Assembly (NCBI GenBank): GCA_905234465.1
Contig: CAJOHU010000002.1
Span: 1 to 48,414 of the forward strand
Source: an uncultured Alphaproteobacteria bacterium
GTDB lineage: Bacteria; Pseudomonadota; Alphaproteobacteria; Rs-D84
DNA length: 48,414 nt
Direction: 5' to 3'
Of this stretch, positions 1-5,431 are shown in pieces (position 1 is the stretch's first letter; the number at the start of each line of letters is the position of its first letter). Position numbers and translations under genes: made by a program. The notes under the pieces are model-generated. The model saw nothing but the letters and a program-made list of their open reading frames with translations. It was not told where the DNA came from and searched no databases.

Positions 1-109
1 AATTATCCGCAAATACCGCAGACGCCGCAAAAATTGCGGATATTACGATAAATATGCGTTTGATACTCATCTGATACTTCCCTTTCCCTTAATTTCCAAC
101 ACTAAAAGT

Positions 110-135
110 ATAACAAAAAGGTACCTTTTTGTTAT
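110..135. repeat. 26-nt perfect palindrome ATAACAAAAAGGTACCTTTTTGTTAT (copy 1 of a 20-nt palindromic core)
   Basis: Read directly. The core ACAAAAAGGTACCTTTTTGT (113-132) recurs at 246-265. Confidence 0.85.
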
Positions 136-165
136 GCCCCGAAACCGGCAAAAATGGGCGAACAC

Positions 166-185
166 AAAAAGTGGCTGCGTGCCAC
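166..185 (-). terminator. putative intrinsic terminator (GTGGC-ACGCA-GCCAC + TTTTT on minus strand)
   Basis: 5-bp stem at 171-175/181-185 followed on the minus strand by a T5 run (170-166). The middle arm can alternatively pair with GTGGC at 193-197. Confidence 0.35.
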
Positions 186-204
186 GGAATCTGTGGCTTT
201 GCGG

Positions 205-238
205 AAAAAATTAAAAAAATTAAAAAAAGTTAAAAAAA
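205..238. other. four phased A6-7 tracts (starts 205, 213, 222, 232)
   Basis: Sequence is aaaaaattaaaaaaattaaaaaaagttaaaaaaa. The 8-10 bp spacing is typical of intrinsically curved DNA. Confidence 0.7.
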
Positions 239-270
239 GGGGTGGACAAAAAGGTACCTTTTTGTTCCAC
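232..270 (-). terminator. intrinsic terminator: long GGTACC-centred hairpin + CCC + T7 (minus strand)
   Basis: The minus strand reads GTGGAACAAAAAGGTACCTTTTTGTCCAC CCC TTTTTTT. The stem is 13-14 bp with one bulge. Confidence 0.6.
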
Positions 271-323
271 TCAACGGCGCAGAAATTGCGCCTTATAAGT
301 GATTATTCCAGAGAGCCGGTTCT

Positions 324-514
324 CCTCCGGTAATCACCCACAAAATTTTTCAAATTTTGCGGGGCCCGATAGAGGAGTACGGTGCGGAACACCGGGAGGT
401 GGTTAGAGCATTCGTTATTATTTTGTATTCTCTGACCACCCCGGCGGGTGCTACCCGCCACCCCTCCGGTAATCACCCACAAAATTTTCCAAATTTTGCG
501 GGACCCGATAGAGG
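324..514. repeat. two 51-52-nt direct repeats (324-375 and 463-514), period 139 bp
   Basis: CTCCGGTAATCACCCACAAAATTTT(T/C)CAAATTTTGCGGG(G/A)CCCGATAGAGG, 49/51 identical. Each contains the hairpin CCCACAAAATTT/AAATTTTGCGGG. Confidence 0.9.
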
Positions 515-643
515 GGAACTTACACCGCCCGGTCTGCGGTGTGACGATTTTCTGGAACCCCCCTACCCCGGTGCCGTTCGGCACCACCCCTTCCCACAGG
601 TAGGGGGACTTAACACTAACCACTATTATAGGTAAAGGGAATC

Positions 644-664
644 AAAAAGGTGGCATTTGCCACC
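644..664 (-). terminator. intrinsic terminator of the 700..1590 gene
   Basis: The minus strand reads GGTGGCA-AA-TGCCACC followed by TTTTTGA. It lies 36 nt after the stop codon. Confidence 0.7.
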
Positions 665-699
665 GTACTAACCACCCCAGCGTACAAAATTCTAAACAA

Positions 700-1590
700 T
701 TAATATTCTATCTCTTGCGCTAATTCTTTCGCGTATGCCGAACCACGCCCCAACGGTCCGATAGCCAAAACTCTGGCTTTTAAAGTTCCTAACCTTAATT
801 CCGCTGTTTTTCTGGCATTGGTTTCTTTTGCCAAATTTTTCTTAAGTTCTTCTATCTCTGCTTGCAGCTCTTCAATTGTTGGCTCTGCTTTTTTTGATTT
901 GTTCAACTTTCGTGCCATTTCACGCATAATTTCTTCGTAATTATCCGGGTATTTCAGACTCTGTACTTCGTGTTCTAAAGAAACCCGTATCCCTTCTCTA
1001 TCAGCTTTGGTTGAAACCTTGGTACCATAATGTTTATCATTCCATTGGGTTTCTTCGGCCTGTTTAAATTTAGTTATTTTTTCTATGATTGGTGTATACG
1101 GTTCATTTGCTGCATTTGGGACACTCCAATATTGAACCAGTATTTGTGGATCCACCTTATCAATTAATTTGTGATAGATAGTAAAGAATGTCTTTGGGTC
1201 ATCACATTCATCGGTAATAATCCATGGACCAGATTCTTTTGGGTCCGCATTTATCATATGTTCTTTTTTCACAGATTTTAAGACTTTTTTATCTTCAATT
1301 TCATTTAATATATCTTCAAATTTTTTATCGCCACTCATATATTTTAAAAGCCGATATAAATCGCGTAAAAAGTGTTTTCCCAAAACAGATGTGGAATTTT
1401 CCTTGGCGGAGCGTATCTCGCTGTCCAATCTGTTTAAAGATTTGTCGTGCCAAATCATAGATGAAATGTCTTGATTAACTTTTTTCCCTTCTAATGTTTG
1501 TATAAACACCTTTTTAACATCCACGTTCGTCTTTCCAGACAACAATAAACTGGCTGCTTCTTTTACCGATAGATACTTCATTTGTGGCAT
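700..1590 (-). CDS. hypothetical protein, possible N-terminal HTH and C-terminal coiled coil
   Basis: 296-aa ORF with an ATG start and AAGGAAAG RBS, 25 nt after the nlpD-like stop. The N-terminus KYLSVKEAASLL resembles an excisionase/MerR-type helix. The C-terminus EELQAEIEELKKNLAKE is heptad-like. No family recognised. Confidence 0.7.
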   Translation of the reverse strand: MPQMKYLSVKEAASLLLSGKTNVDVKKVFIQTLEGKKVNQDISSMIWHDKSLNRLDSEIRSAKENSTSVLGKHFLRDLYRLLKYMSGDKKFEDILNEIEDKKVLKSVKKEHMINADPKESGPWIITDECDDPKTFFTIYHKLIDKVDPQILVQYWSVPNAANEPYTPIIEKITKFKQAEETQWNDKHYGTKVSTKADREGIRVSLEHEVQSLKYPDNYEEIMREMARKLNKSKKAEPTIEELQAEIEELKKNLAKETNARKTAELRLGTLKARVLAIGPLGRGSAYAKELAQEIEY

Positions 1591-1615
1591 TTTCTTTCCT
1601 TTTGGTTTTATAATT

Positions 1616-3103
1616 TTATTTCTTTAAATAATTTGTCGGGTTATATGATTTGGTTCCTTTACGAATTTCAAAGTGCAATTGAGGCTGATTAACTTTACCG
1701 GTTTGCCCAACAGTTCCTATTTTCTGCCCCACAGAAACACGTACACCGCGCCGCACACTCATAGAATTCAGATGTGCATAAACCGTCATCCATCCACCGG
1801 CATGCTGAATTATAATCAGATTCCCCATACCGCGGACTTCATTACCCGCATATGCGACAACACCATTTTCCGCCGCGACGACCCCCGTTCCCAACGACGC
1901 CGAGATATTAATTCCATCGTTATACAGCCCGCCTGTCTTGGCACCATAGTGCGATAAAACTGTTCCGCGCACCGGCCAAGTAAATTTGGAAGATGAACGT
2001 GCCGCAATTTTTTCTGGTTGCGACTTGGTGGTTGCAGATGTTTTTGGGTTGGTTGCGGGTTTAGGCTCTTGCTTTTGCTTTGTCTTTTTTGCATCAGAAT
2101 TTGTCTTTGTTTGCTTTTGTGTATTTTTCTGGGCTGGCTTTGGCTCCGGTTTCGCCTTAGGCTTATCGGTTATAACATTTTTTGATACTTTTGATTCTGG
2201 CAAATTTGGGACCCGCAATTTTTGCCCGACAGTTAGTGCAAATGGCGCACGCAGTCCATTCATAACCGCCAAATCGTTCACCGGAATTTCATACCGCCGC
2301 GACAAAGAATACAGTGTATCACCACGCGCCACAGTCACGGTCTTTAACGGCACGCGCACATCGGTTGTTTTTTTCGGTGCCGATTTTGCCGAGGATTTTT
2401 CTTGAGCATTTTTTGCCACGGGCGTTTGTTTCATCGGTTTTGTTTCCGGTTCTTTGACCGATTCGGTTTTTGGTTTATCGGCGACTTTGACCGGTTCAGA
2501 TTTTAATTTTAAAACCTGACCTATTCTTATTGTGTATGGCGATTTCAGATTATTCGCGCGTGCCAATTCATCAACCGTCGTATTATTATCGCGCGCAACC
2601 GAATACAGTGTATCACCACGCCGCACGATAATCATTCCCACCGCCGCCCGTACCGGCACATTTAATTCTTGATTTTTATATTCAGGAATATCCAAAACAT
2701 CATCAGGTTCGAATTCAGATTCCGATTCGGTTTCTATTTCCGCCGTTGGTTCCGATTCTTGGACATCATCCGGTTTAATCGGTTCAACCGATTCCGATTC
2801 ACCCGGCGCCTTTTCTGCATCTGGCTGCGGTTTTAATACATAATCATCAACCGCGGCATAATTTACATAATCATCCATTCCAACCGAACCGTATAATTCA
2901 GGGGACGCATACATTCCGTAATCAGACACCGCAGAATTATAAATTTCTGGTTCTGTATCTGGGTCTGCCAACATGGCGGGATATCGTTCAGATATAAATT
3001 CCCCAACCGTATCCGGCAATGCGGTTATTTTTGGCTGTAAATCACATGACGCAAAAATTGCGCCAATCGCACATATCCACAATGCCATAAAAATTTTTCT
3101 CAT
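1616..3103 (-). CDS. nlpD: LysM-domain M23 metallopeptidase lipoprotein (NlpD-like)
   Basis: Lipobox IFASC. Two LysM repeats (RRGDTLYSVARDNN.., ARGDTLYSLSRRYE..). A K/P/E-rich linker. C-terminal M23 core (GINISASLGTGV.., HAGGWMTVYAHL, PQLHFEIRKG). Confidence 0.9.
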   Translation of the reverse strand: MRKIFMALWICAIGAIFASCDLQPKITALPDTVGEFISERYPAMLADPDTEPEIYNSAVSDYGMYASPELYGSVGMDDYVNYAAVDDYVLKPQPDAEKAPGESESVEPIKPDDVQESEPTAEIETESESEFEPDDVLDIPEYKNQELNVPVRAAVGMIIVRRGDTLYSVARDNNTTVDELARANNLKSPYTIRIGQVLKLKSEPVKVADKPKTESVKEPETKPMKQTPVAKNAQEKSSAKSAPKKTTDVRVPLKTVTVARGDTLYSLSRRYEIPVNDLAVMNGLRAPFALTVGQKLRVPNLPESKVSKNVITDKPKAKPEPKPAQKNTQKQTKTNSDAKKTKQKQEPKPATNPKTSATTKSQPEKIAARSSSKFTWPVRGTVLSHYGAKTGGLYNDGINISASLGTGVVAAENGVVAYAGNEVRGMGNLIIIQHAGGWMTVYAHLNSMSVRRGVRVSVGQKIGTVGQTGKVNQPQLHFEIRKGTKSYNPTNYLKK

Positions 3104-3127
3104 ACCTGAATTATATCACAAAAAACG
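3104..3127 (-). promoter_or_regulatory. extended -10 promoter module TTTTTTGTGATATAAT, 6 nt before the ATG (leaderless geometry)
   Basis: The minus strand reads CGTTTTTTGTGATATAATTCAGGTATG. TATAAT is at 3115..3110 and the ATG at 3103. A near-identical copy lies at 5357-5381. Confidence 0.55.
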
Positions 3128-3141
3128 ATATTCCCAAACGG

Positions 3142-3169
3142 AAAACAAAACCCCACCCGATTGGTGGGG
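3142..3169 (-). terminator. intrinsic terminator after the 3205..3834 gene
   Basis: The minus strand reads CCCCACC-AATC-GGGTGGGG followed by TTTTGTTTT. Confidence 0.75.
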
Positions 3170-3204
3170 ATTAAGATAATTTTTATTTCTTATTATCAGC
3201 AATA

Positions 3205-3834
3205 TTATTTATAAGGACAAACAAATACCGCGCTTGGTATATCATCAGTTTTTAATGAATCTTTTTTGTTGTATGTTATGAAGTCACCCTGTAGAACCGA
3301 CGCGAAATCAGCAATGTCGTTCATTTTTTCATCAAAAGAAGCATCATCTACAGAAACATAAAGCAGAGAAGCACTTCTGCTTCCGTGATGATATTGCAAA
3401 TCTTGGGGATTATAACCATACGCAGTAACAGAATACCTAAGATTCATCAAACAGTCTGATTGTGAATCCGTTGAGTCTTGAAGGAACGCAATATATCCAC
3501 CATCGTTTGTTTTTATTCCAACGACATTACTAGAAACTTCTATTACCTCTGATATGGCAGTTTTCCTAACTTTATTAAGATACATATCAATAATCATATT
3601 GCGTTTTTCGGTATCGGACGGCAAAATAATTTCATTAAAACAATACGCATCACGAATAGTATCATCGTTAGATTCGCACGGATTAATTGGGACACATGCC
3701 AGAGTCTTTTCCACCCAAACATATTTGTCTGGATATTTTTCACATAAACTTCTTCTGTCTGCCGCACTTGGCACCGCAGACGCCGCATTTACCACCGCCA
3801 AACCGGCGATTATTGATAACAAAGTTTTTTTCAT
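3205..3834 (-). CDS. secreted Cys-containing protein, paralogue B2 (unknown function)
   Basis: Start taken at MKKTLLSIIAGLAVVNAASA (ATG 3834, RBS AAAGGAGAAAAA), not the ORF-track start 3915. A signal peptide is present. The N-terminal ~60 aa are shared with the 3878..4570 product. Confidence 0.8.
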   Translation of the reverse strand: MKKTLLSIIAGLAVVNAASAVPSAADRRSLCEKYPDKYVWVEKTLACVPINPCESNDDTIRDAYCFNEIILPSDTEKRNMIIDMYLNKVRKTAISEVIEVSSNVVGIKTNDGGYIAFLQDSTDSQSDCLMNLRYSVTAYGYNPQDLQYHHGSRSASLLYVSVDDASFDEKMNDIADFASVLQGDFITYNKKDSLKTDDIPSAVFVCPYK

Positions 3835-3861
3835 TTTTTCTCCTTTTTTTATTTTGTTTCT
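3689..3861. repeat. ~173-bp segment duplicated at 4425-4597 (5' UTR + N-terminal coding part of the paralogues)
   Basis: Long identical runs by eye, e.g. ccacccaaacatatttgtctggatatttttcacataaa and gataacaaagtttttttcattttttctcctttttttattttgtttct. Confidence 0.85.
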
Positions 3862-3877
3862 GTTTATCAAGATTTTG

Positions 3878-4570
3878 CTAATCGCCCCACCAAAACTCTT
3901 CATCAACGGCGGCATTAGCCCCCTCTATCCAACACACTTTGTGACCTTCGTAATCCGGATCATACGTATACTTCATTGTTTTGCCATTTAAATCAGATAC
4001 AAAATGTGCCAAATCTGCGCACTCTGCCTTACCTCCATCAAGCATGAGGCATGGCATTTTCTTTGGTTCTTCAAAAACATCCTCAATACCCCGCATAAAA
4101 TTACCACCATATACTTTACAAGCGGCACCATTAGCAGTATAAATAGCGTCATAACCATAAGGAATTTCTACATATGTACCATCATAATTTACCAACAACA
4201 CCGGAGCAGACTCGCAAAAGAACTTGCTCAGTTGCCACGATTCTACCCAAACACAATCATTATGACTATCTTCTATTTTTGTGATATTACGTGTATTTAA
4301 TGCCTTTTTCAACAATTTATCACGTATCGCCACATCTTTCAAAGCTGCCTCTTCCACATAGAGAAATATGTGATCACAATATGCACTACGAATATCCCAA
4401 TCATTAGACGCACAAGGATGTATCGGGACACATGCCTGGGTTCTTTCCACCCAAACATATTTGTCTGGATATTTTTCACATAAATTTTTTCTTTCTGCCA
4501 CACTTGGTACCGCAAATGCGGTCCCCATTACCATAAATCCCGCAATTATCGATAACAAAGTTTTTTTCAT
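3878..4570 (-). CDS. secreted Cys-containing protein, paralogue B1 (unknown function)
   Basis: 230 aa. Signal peptide MKKTLLSIIAGFMVMGTAFA. The conserved block LCEKYPDKYVWVERTQACVPIHPCASND is shared with the next gene. Identical RBS region. Confidence 0.8.
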   Translation of the reverse strand: MKKTLLSIIAGFMVMGTAFAVPSVAERKNLCEKYPDKYVWVERTQACVPIHPCASNDWDIRSAYCDHIFLYVEEAALKDVAIRDKLLKKALNTRNITKIEDSHNDCVWVESWQLSKFFCESAPVLLVNYDGTYVEIPYGYDAIYTANGAACKVYGGNFMRGIEDVFEEPKKMPCLMLDGGKAECADLAHFVSDLNGKTMKYTYDPDYEGHKVCWIEGANAAVDEEFWWGD

Positions 4571-4597
4571 TTTTTCTCCTTTTTTTATTTTGTTTCT
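4425..4597. repeat. second copy of the ~173-bp duplicated 5' segment
   Basis: See 3689-3861. Confidence 0.85.
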
Positions 4598-4599
4598 TA

Positions 4600-5052
4600 T
4601 TACTTTTCACACGGACATCCATCCGCGGCACAACAATCAGTATCGTGATCACAATCTTTCACTTTGTAACCCTGCATTTCACACTGACGTTCCCACAAAC
4701 AAATTTCGTTCATTCCACATGGGTCACTACCCTGTCTGCCGGCGCCGCCACCGCCGCCATACGATGACCCGCCGCCGCGACCTTTTAGGGTCTTTTGTTT
4801 TTCTATCTCTTGTGCCAATTTTATATTTCCTGCAACACCAACGCCCGTTGCTGCAATCGTTGATATGCCCGCAATTTTATATCCGCGCGTATTTTTTTCA
4901 CAACTTTCCAAATCTGCCCGCAATTTATCACGACGCGATGTCAGTTCCGCAATCTGGGCATCCAATTGCATGTCTATATAATCAACCGTATCCGCATTCG
5001 CACCGAACACGACAAACATTCCAATAAAGATTATCGCTTTATTTATTTTCAT
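4600..5052 (-). CDS. secreted protein, paralogue A2: coiled coil, Gly/Ala-zipper-like hydrophobic segment, Gly-rich linker, Cys-rich C-terminus
   Basis: 150 aa with a signal peptide. AQIAELTSRRDKLRADLESC aligns with the upstream paralogue. Linker GRGGGSSYGGGGGAGRQGS. The last 39 aa carry 8 Cys. Confidence 0.75.
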   Translation of the reverse strand: MKINKAIIFIGMFVVFGANADTVDYIDMQLDAQIAELTSRRDKLRADLESCEKNTRGYKIAGISTIAATGVGVAGNIKLAQEIEKQKTLKGRGGGSSYGGGGGAGRQGSDPCGMNEICLWERQCEMQGYKVKDCDHDTDCCAADGCPCEK

Positions 5053-5356
5053 CTTTATTGTCCCCGGTGGTTTCTTTATTTTCCGCCGAATTTTCGCGTT
5101 TCAATTTATTTAATTTTACGCCTTGAATAATTGCCGCGGTTCCTGTTGTGGCGACACCCGCCGCACCTATCCATGTTGCGGTTTTCCAATTTTTATTCTT
5201 GCGGCTGCATTCCGCCAATTTGATTTCCAATTCGCTGATTTCGCGTTTCAGTGACGCGATTTGCATTTGCCGTGATGTATCAACCGAATAATCGCCCGCA
5301 CGCACCATCGGCGACATCAACAAAGAAATTAAAAAAACGGTCAGAAATTTTCCCAT
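5039..5356 (-). CDS. small secreted protein, paralogue A1 (coiled coil + Gly/Ala/Thr-rich hydrophobic segment)
   Basis: 105 aa with a signal peptide. MQIASLKREISELEIKLAECS and WIGAAGVATTGTAAII align with the 4600..5052 product. The ATG lies 6 nt after a TATAAT. Confidence 0.7.
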   Translation of the reverse strand: MGKFLTVFLISLLMSPMVRAGDYSVDTSRQMQIASLKREISELEIKLAECSRKNKNWKTATWIGAAGVATTGTAAIIQGVKLNKLKRENSAENKETTGDNKDENK

Positions 5357-5381
5357 ACACGAATTATATCACAAAAAACCG
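5357..5381 (-). promoter_or_regulatory. extended -10 promoter module, leaderless geometry (copy 2)
   Basis: The minus strand reads CGGTTTTTTGTGATATAATTCGTGTATG. TATAAT is at 5368..5363 and the ATG at 5356. Confidence 0.55.
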
Positions 5382-5403
5382 AATAAAAAAAGAAATAACC
5401 ACG

Positions 5404-5431
5404 CACACTAACACTAACCACTATCCACTAT
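5404..5431 (-). repeat. stop-codon-abutting TAGTGG/TTAGTG repeat module (hairpin-less form)
   Basis: The minus strand reads TAGTGGATAGTGGTTAGTGTTAGTGTG, with TAG being the tatC stop. The flanks are identical to the module after thrS (15649-15699). Confidence 0.8.

Larger units (their letters stand above)
232..618 (-). ncRNA. candidate ~390-nt structured RNA, family not recognised
   Basis: A perfect TATAAT lies at 630..625 (minus). A GC-rich stack of stem-loops spans 300-607. The terminator hairpin+T7 at 270..232 closes the unit. The repeat hairpin has a G-U wobble only on the minus strand. No known ncRNA signature was seen. Confidence 0.25.

Noticed and set aside
1-240. Possible replication origin (DnaA-box-like TTATCCGCA at 3-11 plus an AT-rich A-tract region)
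   Set aside because: There is only one near-consensus box and no cluster of boxes. TATCCAC strings elsewhere belong to the TAGTGGATAGT stop-codon module. No dnaA, dnaN or par genes are adjacent. The evidence is insufficient.
324-514. Possible CRISPR array
   Set aside because: There are only two repeat copies. The 51-nt repeat is longer than typical CRISPR repeats. The 88-nt spacer is itself structured, and no cas genes are in the window.
303-635. Two overlapping ORFs from the six-frame track (303..623 minus, 357..635 plus) in the GC-rich block
   Set aside because: No RBS is present. They overlap each other on opposite strands. The 51-nt direct repeats (period 139 bp, not a multiple of 3) are read in different frames. 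The region is a stack of stem-loops. They are best explained as non-coding sequence.
300-640. Known ncRNA classes (tRNA, tmRNA, RNase P, SRP/4.5S, 6S, common riboswitches, hammerhead)
   Set aside because: I found no GTTCGAATC-type T-loop or CCA end. There is no GAGGAAAGTCC (RNase P) and no GGAAGGAAGCAGC (SRP). There is no TPP, B12 or c-di-GMP core and no CUGAUGA...GAAA. This was a by-eye check only, so a covariance-model search is still needed.
3835-3915. N-terminal extensions proposed by the ORF track (3915, 13599, 15651, 18475, 29196, 30770, 33076, 36598, 45844)
   Set aside because: In each case an internal ATG with a good RBS begins a canonical N-terminus (a signal peptide or a conserved family start). 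The extension would overlap the neighbouring gene or its regulatory region.
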